Shown here piece by piece: positions 24,360 to 37,677 of a DNA stretch of 64,000 nucleotides. The translations under genes and the position numbers were made by a program. The DNA comes from Phoronis australis (lineage: Eukaryota; Animalia; Phoronida). Within the stretch, counting starts at the first letter, position 1, and the number at the start of each line of letters is the position of its first letter. The notes under the pieces were generated by a model. It saw nothing but the letters and a program-made list of their open reading frames with translations, made no database searches and was not told the origin of the DNA. The stretch lies in contig NMRA01000231.1 of NCBI GenBank assembly GCA_002633005.1, positions 572,122 through 636,121 of the forward strand, in the 5' to 3' direction.

Positions 24360-24980
24360 ACCCTAGTATATCAATATATGGGTCCCGCCCGAAGGCCGCC
24401 AAAGAGCAGGGCCCCCTATAAATATTGAGACGGCCCCGCCCGAAGGCCGCCAAAGAGTAGTTCCCTGCGGCCAAAGAGTGGGTCCCTGCGACCGAAGAGC
24501 GGGGACCACCAAAATTAATATCGCATTTCAGTAGCTTTTCAGCGATATTTATTCTGCACGTACAAGCGCAGAGTACTGTTGTTCCTGCGTTTTCTTCAAT
24601 TTTATTACGCTGCGCGTGAAAGCGCAGAGTGCTGTTGTTCCTGGATTTTCTTCAATTTTATTTATTCTTATTCTTATTCTTGTTATTCTTCTTTTTCTTC
24701 CGACCGAATTTGAGGCTTAATAACTCCAAATTGTGTGCAGGTACGTTCTTTAAAATCAGCATATGATTTTTGACAGTACAAACATTTTGATTCGGCATAT
24801 AATCATATTCCATATTGCACCGAAAGAGGTCGTTTGGTGCAAAGGTCATACAACTTTCCAAATGCTACTCCTTCTTCAGTTTTAAAGCTATTCTTATTGC
24901 TTTCAGTAACTTTCCATAACAATTCCTTTAATACGCACGCGCAGAGTCCATTATCGTCACGCCGTGACAATAATCTTTCT
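24360..24980. repeat. GC-rich CCGAAGGCCGCC array followed by Helentron/HINE-like element with (TTATTC)n microsatellite
   Basis: CCCGCCCGAAGGCCGCCAAAGAG twice at 24384-24457; duplicated GCGCAGAGT(A/G)CTGTTGTTCCTG; (TTATTC)n at about 24660-24690. Related GC array at 33570-33830. Confidence 0.5.
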
Positions 24981-25414
24981 AGTTCCCATTTAGAACACTC
25001 AGGGCGCTACTTATACAAGGTGAAGGTCTACTCTGACGGGTTACCCCTGCAATTCTAGTGATTCTGCATATAAGCCCCTTGTTCCATGTAAGTGACGCCC
25101 CCTAGTGGTTCTGACGGTGGAGAATCGTTTATTACCTGCTCACATGTGTTTGGAAGCTTTCAAGTGATGCTAATAATATGCAGAATTGCAAGGGGAGCCT
25201 GTTATTCCGTTTATGTAGTATCCGTGGTGTTCTAATGTCGACGTATCTCTGCTTAAAGCTGTTAAGTTGCCGTTAAGCTAATCAGGGATTCTTGGAGTAA
25301 GATCAAGCATTAAGACTAGAAGGGGAATGAGGGGCTACTCTGGCGGGTAACCCTTGCGATTATGCAAATTAGCATTAAAAGCTTGCAATCGCATGTATAC
25401 ACAAAACCTGCCGA

Positions 25415-25516
25415 GAGTGGCGTACATGAAATAATATCTCATGAGACATTATTCCGCGTATCGACCGAGACGGAAGGAATAATGTCTCTTGGGATATTAT
25501 TTCATGTACGCCACTC
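25415..25516. repeat. Long near-perfect inverted repeat (hairpin)
   Basis: Arms GAGTGGCGTACATGAAATAATATCTCATGAGACATTATTCC and its near-exact reverse complement separated by about 20 nt. Confidence 0.9.
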
Positions 25517-26252
25517 GAGGTGCGTTTTGTATTTATCCCATGCGCATCGAATTCGTGGTTTCTTTTGTTTTCTTTAGGCATTTCACAACCTGTAGTGCAT
25601 GTACGTGCGCGTTATGATGCTAACTTACTATGGTAAAAGAAAACGGTTTTAAATGTAACGGTTTATTACTTGAAATTGGCAAAAAGTGTGAAAACGGCAT
25701 ATTTCGAAAATAAATAAATAACAAGAATATTTATAACATTGTAAAATCCTCATCGGGTATCTGCACTCATTCCTGAAACTAAGTCATTGACCGAAGTGCG
25801 TAGCCTACACGTCGTCTGTTTTCACGAAGAAGTTAAAAGTGCCACCGTTGATGACACTTCCGGCGAATATGCCTGTTGCAGTGTTGTTTCAGGTACGTTG
25901 TTGCATTTCTACGGATGCTGTAACCTCGGTACAAAGCTGTATACTAAATATACGACAGTTTGTTCATACCACTAGCTGGCTGGCTACGGAATCTGTAGCA
26001 TGGATAGGTTCACGTTTTGCTGGGACGGTCGTCGCTGCTCCTCGTGTAATACTGCCGCCGATAGTATCGGGTGCTGTCATGGCCAGTGACAACAATATTG
26101 ACGAGGAATCGGTGTCTGAGTTGCAGACGATAGAAATTGAACACTGAGACAGAAGTGTCATATAATTAACAGTACTGTTCCAGATGTTACGATTGAGACC
26201 TGGTGGTTGCATGTTTAGTGGTATTTACTCTCCTACAATTGTATTACTTTAA

Positions 26253-28797
26253 AGTCCTTCTCTCACGCGTTTTTAACCCTTATTACATGGTTAGAGAATG
26301 TTATAAGGATCCAAGAAGTACCTACCCCATAACTTATACACGATACGTACTCGAAAAATGTTTAAATGAACGCGCCACTCACGATTCGCACCAGAAGAAC
26401 CACCGCCATTTTGAACTTGCCGCGAACCCGGAAGTACAATTCATTCAGGAACCCAGGCCGAGAAAACGCAGTCAGTGCGACTGGAGCAGTGCCTGTACTG
26501 TTACCTGCCAGCAAACGGGGATAAAATAATCGACAGCGCGCCTTAATTTTAATAAAATCAAACTACGGACAATTTTATCGAATTTGCTGAAGAAATGTGG
26601 CGAACAAATTTTGACAGAAATTATTTTGCCAAACTCGGGACCGCAGCCTATCGGACCCGGTGCGGATCGAGACCAGACACTGGCGAACGGTAAATGCATG
26701 CGGTGGCAAGCTAATTTTTCGAAGTAAAAAGGTCAACTCATAAATGCCGCATACATGTATGTTCAAGGGTAGTTTCAGACACTTGCATGAAATTGCGGAT
26801 TGGTTAGTCCTGTGTCACACTGCCGCGGCAGACCTTAGTTAGCCTCAGTCACAAGCTACCAGTGAAGACTATCGTCAATTAAAATACAGCTTGTTAGTAG
26901 GCCTATACAGCTTTTCGCCAAGGCTACCCTTAGGCCTAACTGGTCGCTGGCCACAGCGGTCGCTCAAACGTGGTTTATTTAGAACTTGGGTACTTCTGGC
27001 GAACTGTGCAAAGTTGTTGGCTTTCAATAGAGATTTTCCCAGACTTTGTATGAGCGCACCAAGCCTAAAAGAATGGGGGGCTGGAATTTTTGGGAATGTC
27101 TGTTTTTACTATAAGATTCAGTGGGTATGTTCAGAGCTAAGAATTGCAGACTCTAAATTTTGGTACTTCCTGTCTTCTAGTGGAATATTGTCTCATTTTC
27201 TACTTTTTTCGGAATTCGTGTTTCTGTGCACGGAGGCAGACCTTTTTCCAGTTCTCCAAAAAGTAGGCTCGTTCGAGCACATAAGTATGACAAGTCCAAT
27301 ACAACATGTTATCATTTTTTATTCGTTAAGCCAAAAGATTCAAACTTTTAACATAATAAGTAACTTAAAATGCACAATACTTTACAACATTTAGCATTAC
27401 AAACACTATTCAACAACAACAGTTTCCATGATATGAAAGTGGACATACATGTAACTATTACTATGGTGACGGAATAGTGTTTCCTTACACCAGAATTTGA
27501 CAAGCATCATTTAAAAATATATTTCAAGGAAGAAGAATTAGAGGCTTGAAGCTTCACAATCCAACATAGCTTATTTCTCAAATTAAGATGACTTGATAAC
27601 CTGAATTAAGAAGCAATAAGTTGCAAAACATGACTTGAAAGCAATTGAGACTTAAAATCTAGAAAAATATGAAACATTTTGTGACACCAAATCAAGTCTT
27701 GAACAGCAGTTGACAGTCAAACAAAAAACCATTTCAAAATGATTTCAACTATTTTTTTAGCTTAGTGTAAGGTCACCTGAATGGGAAATTTACAATAAAA
27801 TAATTCGAATACATCTTATATTTTGCACAAAAAACACGAAAATTGAACAAAGTTTGTTTTTTGTAGCAAAGTTTGTCAAAATGTATCAACGTTAACTCTT
27901 CACAAATTACAAAGTAGCCGATTGAACATGCCTGTCAGTTCAGCAAAAGTCGCCATGTTCACTGTCGGTGCCGCCAGAAATGAGACGAAGTCCAACGGGA
28001 ATTGTAAGCACATTTACCACATAATGAGTAACAACTCCGAGGCTGAATTTTGGTGAACACTGTTATATCGTGCAGAATAGTAAGTAAAGATATGTCTAAC
28101 TAAATTTCACCGTAATTTGTCGGCGAAAAAAATTACACAAAGTTTTAAACTCGTAACTTATCCCGCTGTCCTCCAATATGGCCGACGCGATCCAAACAAA
28201 GTAACCCAAATTTCGCCACAAAACTTGCAATAACTTTACACTGCGTGCCCCGATTTTGATACTTTTTCGATTTTTACTGAGTAGAATGCACTACCTTTCC
28301 GATGATAGCAAAGTACTTTTTCAAAACGAAAAAAATAAAACCGAAAAAATAGGTTCGACCCATATTGGTTCCTAGGTTCGACCGGCCTACGTAAGGAACT
28401 AAACACCAATGCTATTTTAAAATACTAAGTACGCGTAACATTCCAAAAAACATCAACGACCACTAACTACAAACTATAAATACACTACATATGCAAACGA
28501 ATGACGAGATATTGCTTACAAAACAAAATAATGAAGACTCTTCGAGCAAGCGATAGTACATTCAGTTACAAGAACAATATGGCGGCTTTCAGGACAAGTT
28601 CCTGAACTGATTTGCCGGAAATGTGGGTACGGAAATAACCGATGACATACGCTCAGAGAGAAGGGTCAAATACTGTTCAAAAATCGCTTTTGGCAAGAAA
28701 GACGAAAAGAATATAAAGAAAGGGTGTCGAAAATAAGATTTTATGCAGTAAGTATTTTCGGATACTGGAACCACATGGGCAGTTTGAGAGAAGGACC
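26253..28797 (+). mobile_element. Non-autonomous Kolobok-type element (family C copy 1), non-coding
   Basis: TTAA|AGTCCTTCTCTCA ... TGAGAGAAGGACC|TTAA; body aligns inverted with 52692-54652 plus 57160-57457. Confidence 0.85.
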
Positions 28798-29523
28798 TTA
28801 AGCTATTTTCCGAAAGTTTGATGATCTAACCGGCTAGCGACGTCGAGTCGACGTTGACCTACCTTTTGAATCTTCAGTATGAGAGGTCACTGTTGAAGTA
28901 GTGCGGAAGGTGAATACGGAAAACATTATTACATGGCCCAATTCCCTCGACAGATTCAAAGCGTATGGGATAAAAGCAGTTAGTCAGCTAGTCTTCGCCT
29001 CTAGAGCAGAGGGGGACAGTGCTTACACGGTAGGACTGGCAACTCTGACGGGCTACCTTTGCAATTCTAGTCCTTTTTTGAGTGTAAGTAGCACCCCTGC
29101 TGTTCCCATGTTGAAAAATTGCTGGTTGGTTGCTAAAATACGATTCTTTAGCTCTATTAAACCACAAGACCGGTAGAGGCGCTACTTACATAAAATAACG
29201 GGTAACCAGAATCGCTTTTCCAGCTTCCATAATGGTATGAGTACGCCATTAGCCTATACCATAAACTGAATTAACCGTTGAACTTGTTTTTTTTCTAAAC
29301 CTAATGCTCTATAGTTTTGCTGTGCCTTTCACAAATCAAACAAAGATATTATGTTGCTTTTGCTGAAATTTTCTCCAGTTTTTGTCACAACTGAACATAC
29401 TGTGGTTTTCTCCAAATTCGCGTTACGTTCAATAATACACCATGCTCAATTTGAAAAACTTGTGACGAAGTGTCCATTCAAACATTTTGTTTGTGTTACG
29501 TAGAACTGCTGCTGCATTCTTAA

Positions 29524-30424
29524 AGTGCACACAACATGACTCTTGTACCTCAAAATAAATTTTATTATTATATCTTACTAGATTTCAGTGCCTTTAGTGC
29601 ACAGCTCATAAAGAAACAGGCAAAAATTGAAAAAATAATAATTATGTACAACGTCATGGGTTGAACCCAAGTCGTTCGCCATACTGTTCGGATCAGAGAG
29701 TGAAGAGAAAACAAAATACACTTAGCGTCGAGAAGTTTCGTAGAAGGATCAAAAGATGTGTTTCCGGAGGCTGCAGCAACAGTAGCCAGGCGGAGAACGT
29801 CTCGGTGTTCCGAAGGATACCAAAGTTGCGCAGAAGTGGCATCGCTTCGTGCGCCGAACGAGAGTGTGGGAAGTCATCGTGGAGCAAGCGATTCGGTCCG
29901 GGGCCACTCTGTGTTCTGCCCACTTTGAGGACTCGCGTTTCGACTCCAGTCACAAGAGACGTTACGATGAAGGCCTGGTTCAATAAAGGACAATATTTAT
30001 CATTCAGAGACATCAGCTCTTAGTTCAGGATCGTCTGTTGGATGACTGGGTTGACTCGCCGAGCCCGAGGCCGCTTCTCTCGCGGGAGGATCCAGTTCGT
30101 AAGGCTCAAAGTAGGAAAGTACGCAGCCGGAAGCACATTAAACTTATTCTCGCTTTCGTGCAACCCCATTTCCTCATCCTGGCCACCATTCCCGTACGTT
30201 TCTTCATAGTATTCGTTCAATTTTTGCTCATAATCGTCGTCGCTTTCAAATTCCCTGCTTTCCGCCATTGTTCAATGCTAGTCACTAATCTCTTGTGTTC
30301 AACCCATGACGTCACATGGCGGGAAATGTGAAAATTGGCAAAATTGAAAGAAAAATCAAAATTTCGAGCTAATTACACAAAATAAACATGGGTTTAGCTA
30401 AATTTTACGTCATACATTTAGTTT
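29524..30424 (+). mobile_element. Kolobok deletion derivative (family D): THAP remnant facing acidic KolX-like N-terminus; right end lost in gap
   Basis: TTAA|AGTGCACACAAC; KRCVSGGCSNS...PKDTKVAQKWHRFVRRTR...LCSAHFE (frameshifted THAP); minus ORF MAESREFESDDDYEQ... from 30268. Confidence 0.7.
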
Positions 30425-30450
30425 NNNNNNNNNNNNNNNNNNNNNNNNNN
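30425..30450. other. Assembly gap (26 N)
   Basis: Run of N; further single Ns at 60559 and 62113. Confidence 1.
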
Positions 30451-30788
30451 TGTGCCTGTTCTGGAAGTTCCGCCAGTACCGGCTCCTAGACGTTCGCTCA
30501 GAAATGTTAAGCCCCCGGACAGGTTGAACTTGTAAAACTGTTTGTTGTTCCTGTAGTTAAGTTTTCCAAGCTTGAGAGGAAGGGTGTAATAGATTATGTA
30601 TTACGACCGCTAGATGGCGTGTTGTTTGATGTACACTCTCCTCTGTCTGAAATATAGATATGAAGTGACTTCCTAAAAGATGGCTGTTGTGTGTCTTATA
30701 AGAACGGACTCGAATCGAATCGGGAACCATCAACATTAACAGTATGTACAGTGTAAATAGCAACTCGTGAGTCAAAAATAAGCCTACA
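30451..30788 (+). mobile_element. Gypsy LTR retrotransposon 3' end: integrase tail, PPT and 3' LTR
   Basis: PRRSLRNVKPPDRLNL* then polypurine GAGAGGAAGGG immediately followed by TGTAAT (30585); probable LTR end TACA at 30788; adjacent to assembly gap. Confidence 0.75.
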
Positions 30789-32329
30789 TATTTGTGTCAG
30801 GTTGTGTGAGTTCAATGCACTTTAAAATTCAGCGGTATTGAATTTATGACAAAACAATGAATTTCCAAAATAGGTTTTCTATCTTCAGATAATGTTTGCA
30901 ATTCCCCCTCCTCAGAAATCTAGCTAGCCTTAATTACCAAATTGTACAAACTAATGCCTTCACACACACACACGCACACATCAACCATCACTTTTTGCTC
31001 CGTTTGTTTTGATTATGCAACTGAAACGAAAAAAATCACCTGGTCACATTTAATTCCAGTTACATCCTGGAATTTAATCTACCCAGTGTATCATTTACAA
31101 GAACAAACAACCAGGCCTTTTGTTTGATCTTTGCCCAAACATAACTAAGACCTTGACCACTGTCGGAACAATTCATTCAATAAATGCCTTTGGTTATCTC
31201 TTTGGAAATAATGTAGATACAGTGTAATTGGTATAACAGCTGCCATAGCTGACAATGGATACCTGACCAACTTAATAATAGGATAGATCATATCCCAGTC
31301 CCAACACTGCTCTGTTGACTAGAAGGACTCTGAACAAAAGATAGAGGCAACAGGGTCATGGACAATGTTAACTTTTATCCCTGCAATAGAGGTCTTTTCA
31401 TTTTGGCACTGTTTAAAGTATAATTGAGACCATGAAAGCAACTCAGATTTGGTGGACAAAAATTCACAACTACCGTATTTGCCCCAATAAGCGCCCAAAA
31501 TTGCCCCAATAAGTGTTTTCAGACTTCGTTAAAAAAGCGCCCAGCCCATGGACGTGTGCCTTACCTAGATTTCTTAATTCTACAGTAACATCTTCAATTT
31601 ATCAATAATATCCGATAGTCCTGAAAAAATCATAATGCGCGCCAAACTTCTAGACCACAAGCTTCGCCGCTGTGTCGGTATTTGGCCGTGAATATACACT
31701 TCAAACTTCTGCAGTGCTTCAAAAAGAATTAATTTAAAAATTTTGCAGATCTCACGAGGTATGTGTCCTACTATGGTCTCGCTTTACAGAACAGACACAG
31801 TGTACTTGTCAACGGAAGTGAATCTCGCCATCAGTCGGCGAGTTTTCGCCCTGGGATTTCCACACGGTTTTCTGAAAAAGGATTGTAATTTAATGACGAA
31901 GTTTGATAGCAATGTACCACAATTTTGTGGAAAGTCGATCTGTCGTAGCTACAGATACGATGCAGAGCATAAATTTGATGAATCCTAGCTTCGGATCTCA
32001 CCTGTTTCGTACACTGTGTTTAGCTGTCCATTAATTTAAAAGCAGTCATTGTCATTGTCATTGATTAGGTTAATTCACCTAATTACATGGCGAATTATTG
32101 CATCTGCCATCAATTGAAATTTCATCAAGTATGCTGCTCTGACATCAAGTTTTTTGTCTGCACTCTACATACAGGTTGCACTATTTATCCAATTGGCACA
32201 AGATTCACCCACAACTTCTATCCCCCGAAGTGCTAGAAGTCTCAGGTCGTTCATCATGATCAGATTCAAGATGGCGGACGTGTTGGCTATTTTGTTTTCG
32301 AAGTCAAATTAAAATGCTCATAGAGGCCG

Positions 32330-33515
32330 CATTTCTATGCGCCCACATACCTATACGTGGGTGCAAATTGCCTTCATTTCTGTCTGGGCGTCCAGCGTCC
32401 GCAGCTGTATCGCCTGAACCCCTCAAACTGTCTTCACCAAATTTGACAGATGGGTTCATATGAAGATGACGACAGAAGAGGACGAATTTTGGACGGATCT
32501 GACTACCGTTGTGCCCCCTAGTGGCAATTTTTTTTTTTTACATTTACCTCTGTATCTTTAAAGGTCGTCTATGGATTTTTGTGAAACTTGGCATATAGGC
32601 ACCTGTTAGTAGCTATATTCCTGTTTTCGGACGGAGTCAAGGTATTTTGCGCCACCTAATGACGATTTTTACTGGGTTTTTTTTTTGCATCCGCCTCTCT
32701 ATCAACCAAACCGCTCTTACAGATGATTGTAAAAATTGACATGTATGTTCTTACTATAAAGAGAAAGCCTGACGATGATTTTCGGATTACACTGGCTTCT
32801 GTGGCACCTCCTAGTAGCAGTTTATTGGTGACATGATGCTATCTCCCTGTTTTCAGAATTATTTGAGGCCTTTTGAGCCACCTAGTGGCCATTTATGTTT
32901 TTTCCAATGGTTTTTTGGCATACGCTCCTCTATCAACCAAACCATTCTATGGATTATTGTGGAAGTTGGCATATATGTTCTCAGTATGAAGATTACGGCT
33001 GACGATGACGACTGACTACTGTTGCACCCCCTAGCTTTTTGCGCCTATAGCTGTATGTCCTAATCCTACTGCAGGATCTTTATTAAATTTAGCAAGTGTA
33101 TTCATATCTTGTTGAGAACAGATATTGACAACTTCCAGGTGCATTGCCACCTATCGGCCATTCCATTTTTTCCGGTCTTCCTTTGTATCTCTGAAGTTTC
33201 TTGACAATTTTTTATGGAAATTGGTAAATACTTTCTATTAAAGAAACGTTGTTTCTGTTTTCGGATGGACTTGACATGTTTTGCGCCATCTGGTGGCCAT
33301 TTTTATGATACAAATAGATGTCACAAGAAGCATGCTGTTTACGGTACCCAATTGCTTCAAAACTTTTTCATCTGATATTTTTTGTAGAATGCTATTATCA
33401 GTGCTGCTTAACTGGAAGTTGTATTCAAATTTCGGCTCTGACCTATTTTCATCATTTTTCAATAGTCCTGGGGTGCCACAACGGGAAGAGGAAATGACGT
33501 GGATTTTTTATGTGT
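32330..33515. mobile_element. Helentron/HINE-like non-autonomous element with internal about 140-150-bp tandem repeats
   Basis: 5' hairpin CCCAC..GTGGG, CGTCC microsatellite-like tract, repeated GCCMCCTAGTGGC motif, T-rich end. Confidence 0.55.
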
Positions 33516-35924
33516 GAAGACTCACTCGTCAGTCACCTTCTGGCAGTGCCACCTACATTAATATAGTGGGCCTCGCCCATAGGCTGCCTTCTGGAAGGGA
33601 ACCTATATTAATATCGGGGGCCGCAATCTCTGGCCGCCTTTCGGCGAGGCCCCTATACTATTGTATATTAATATAGAGGGCCTTGCCGGAAGGCGGCCAG
33701 AGAGCGGGACCTTTTATATTAATATAGAGGGCCTCACTACATTAATATGGCTGGCCCCGCTCTACGGCCGCCTTTCGGCAAAGGCCCCTATATTATTATA
33801 GGGGTCCTCCCCAATAGGGGGCTCGCTTTTGAGGTGCGAACTTTAATTTGTTGCCTATGTCGTTTTAATAAAAATAAGTCATTTTAAATAATAAGCTGTT
33901 TGTAACTTTATGTTAAGGCCACTCTTGATCAAACAGACACAATGCAATCGCAATATTTATAAATACAGTGCAGTATTTGCCATGTTTTTTTTTTGTAGTT
34001 CAATGCACAATCTTGGTGAATCTCGTGGCGATGCTTTGTTTTTTCAGTGAATTTAGGGACGTGGACGACTATGTAAAGAATATGTAGAAGCATGTTATCC
34101 ACCTAGGCATTGTATAGTTTACACTAGACAGTTTCACGGTGTAAGGCTATGCTCTTAGGTCTTGCAAGGAGTGTAAATTCCGTAGTTATTTTATTAAAGG
34201 GAATTCGTTTACTTGCTTTTCCTTTGTAATAATGACATTAAATTATGTCAAATATCACTTTTGGGAGCGAAAGAAATCAGCTTTGACGATGGCCGGCGAA
34301 GCATAGCCAAACATCTGGGCAAATTGTTTTAAGCTAAATAGCTGGTAGGCCTAATGGTCCGTTTAATGGGCTTGTCTTATGCAATATCTCCGCACATGGT
34401 GCATATTCTTGTGTTTGTACACAATGCTTTGGCTACAGTACAGCCAGTGAATTATTAAAATTCGTCCGGGCAGCCCCTGGTCTGGCTAAGCGTGACCGTA
34501 ACCGGAGACAGGAAGGAAAGTGGGGCGTGAATTAACCTTGACAGCTGGCGTGAGCCTAAACTTGAAATTGTCTGGAACCTACCGCGAGTTTTGAACGAAG
34601 CGCGAGCCACCGTGAGCAACGCGTGAGACAGGAGTGATTTCCCCTGTGTTCCCTAAACTCGGGACATGATTGCTATTCTTACACGTTTAGCGCAAATACA
34701 ACAAAGTTCTGTATCGTATTTCAAGAAACATTTCTCAGTGCTGATGTAGAAAAGAACTGTAAGAACTTTGACAACATTGCTAAGAAATTGCCTACTGTTT
34801 TTGCAATATCTAATAAGTACTGGTCAGCTATCGCAGAGCATCCATTCTATATGACCATTACGCAATCCAGTAAACTATACAATTCACTAAACATGTGGAA
34901 GTCAAAGCATCAAGAAGCGGCAAGTGAGTAATACTATCTTTAATGTTAGCAAATCAACACAATTAGCAAAAAGGTGTCATGGATACTGAATGAATTGAAG
35001 GAAACTTTGTAGATTAATGGATTTATGATTTGGCATTCATTCTTGTAATATTACAGGTAAAATGTAAACTGTGTATTATTTCTCATTTATGTTAATACTG
35101 GTAGATCAAAATAGTTAACATGGCGGATTCCAGTTCTGTTTGAACTTGTACGTTTGCCGAATATAAAATTTCGAGTTTGAGCAACTAATCCCTATATAAA
35201 AGTCAAGAAAAGTATTCTCAATTTGAATGAATGAGGTTACTAAAAAATCCTTTCATTTCTGTGCAATGTGTTTCTCCTTATAGCTCATTTTTATCACTTA
35301 ACCTAGAATTCAATTGCCAGAACGGGCGTATCTTGTGTTTGATTTTGACATTGTGACGTGCTCTTCTCTGTTGAAGCACAACGAAAGCTCAGATTTCCGA
35401 TGTTTTACGGCACGTTTAGTGGCGGGAAATCACCTATCGGATATTTGCCTGATTTTGCAGTAGGCCAGCGCTAGTAGTCAGCAACCCTGACACTTAAATT
35501 ATAAACAACGTTGTTTTCATAACCAGAGTTTAACTACATTCAAATTGATGCTAAATTGTGTGGAGGACACTCAAATAACATTCGTGGGCGCGCGAAAACA
35601 GGACTTTGGAATTGGTTTCGGGAGCGTCCGCCAAAAACCCCGATGCTCAAAAGTCGTCTGCCATGAATGTCTTACGCCACGAAATAAGGTCCTTGAATTT
35701 GTAATTTTGGCTTTTATTCGTCATTGTCGTCGTCAAATCAGCACTCGTAGGCAATTTGAAGCGATCAAGTGAAAGGAGGAATTCAGATATTTGTTCGATG
35801 CTAGTTTCGTGGAATTCTATGCACATTTGAGCAGAAAATTCTGAGCAAACAGATTTTTGAGTGTAGTGAGTGACGTCATTTGCGATCGAGGAACAAATAA
35901 ACTCAAGCGCCTCTGGTTTTCCAT

Positions 35925-37640
35925 TTAAATGGCCGCAATGAACAAGGTGAGTCTTGGTTGACTACCAGATTTTGCATGCAACCCCGCAGGTCCCTTACCT
36001 TTACATGTTAATGTAGCCTAAGTTTTACGACGAGGTGACGAGCATAAGTCAACTATACCCTGGTAGTCAACGGGCTGTGTGAAATTTCAGGGTATAACAA
36101 AGTTCAACATACAGTTGTACGATTGTCTTCATATAGCTGTAGTCGGTAACTAACCAACCCTTCAAGTTAACAGAGCTGAGTATTGGCTGGCAGCTGGCTG
36201 GCTGGCTAGAGTCAACATTGCCCACGGCACAGTCACACCAGTTTAAATAGCTCACTTGTGAGTTTCCAAAACCCGCTATATTGCCTTTGTTTTGCCCCAA
36301 GTCTTTGCTACACACGCTAAACCTTACTGGGGTTCTCTTGGAGAATTTTACGCTTAAAGCGTTGAGACAACTAAGAGATGATAGATGGATCGTGAAGTAA
36401 CTCTGGACGGGCGAAACTGTGAACGGACTGAAATTGGATTTCGACAGGGGCTAGGCCTGAATGCCAAAGGCATACGGGGGCTAAAGTATACCCCCAAAAA
36501 GTTACTCAATTCAAACAATGAAATCAAACATGCATATGTCCACATAGAGTTATAATTAACACATACCATGACTCTGGATACAATTTAGTCAACAAATAAA
36601 TTTAACATATACATGAAAATCTCGCGCTTCGCTAAAGTTTCTCTCACCAAGAGGCATTTTGAAGAAGTTACTTGAAATCACGCCTGTTGACGAACAAGCG
36701 ACACAAATCCTACAAATTTCATTTGGTATCTTCCCATGCTAATTTGCAAGTGTCACGCACCTGGTCACGCGCTTCGCTCAGTCTTGCGCTGGCCTTTGCC
36801 TCACACTCACCTGACTCAATTGAAATACTTTGCGGTTATCGGGCGCGCGGTGAAAAACTTCACAGTAACCAAAAAGTGGAGTTGGAAATCTTCACCAAAG
36901 TCACCTGAATTCTCATAGCTATGTTTAGGAGCAGAAAGCACCACTGAAGAAAGTAAGCGCCTTTTTAAGTACTAGTTTTTAAGAGTAGAATGCACTTTTG
37001 ACAAGGTGATAACTTGATCAGTGAGCGGATTTCGCCTACCGCCCGTTTAAAATACACGGGACGAAATAAATACTGAACGCGATGGAACGTATTGTAGTGC
37101 GAATTTGAAGTACATTTGCCATTAGAGCAATGCTTGTTTGGCATTTTTCACACTAAAAGATTAAAAACTCAAAGTAAACAGAACAGAATACACTGCTACT
37201 GCATCGGGCAAATGACCAAATGACAAGCTTTTGCCCTACTTCTGGTTACGTCGCAGTTACGTCTCACATAATCTCGCGCTATCGTTATTAACTCGCAAAA
37301 GGACCATTGTTGATGCGGACTGGTTGCACCGGCAAATTTTCGTCGGACGATGACGACGACTGTGTATCCCTTTGTGTTGCGTCGGCTCAAACAGGAATCC
37401 CTGCTGACCGACACTTCACAATAAAAATTCTTATTCCTACAATATGAAGAACGCCTTTTGACTGCACGCTAATACAGGACGGTGACTTCCCCCCCCCCCC
37501 CACAAAATACGTCATGAGAAGCAGGGCTCCAAGTGGGTAATTTTGTTAGCTTCGTTAGAAGAAAATTGCTTTTCTATATTGAATTATTTGTGAAATTAAT
37601 CATAGAAAACTATCCAAAATTGATTCAGAATAAAAAACAC
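35925..37640. repeat. Dispersed repeat (inverted partner of 55130-55790), split by a 1-kb insertion at about 36243-37318
   Basis: 35925-36240 and 37320-37640 match contiguous reverse-complement blocks of 55130-55790; a third related piece at 52540-52690. Confidence 0.7.
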
Positions 37641-37677
37641 TTCCCTTTTAATGGCGTCAAACAATGTCATCACTTAC

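Noticed and set aside
26891-27394. 167-aa ORF
   Set aside because: Lies in a non-autonomous repeat, non-ATG start, and the region is deleted or disrupted in the second copy.
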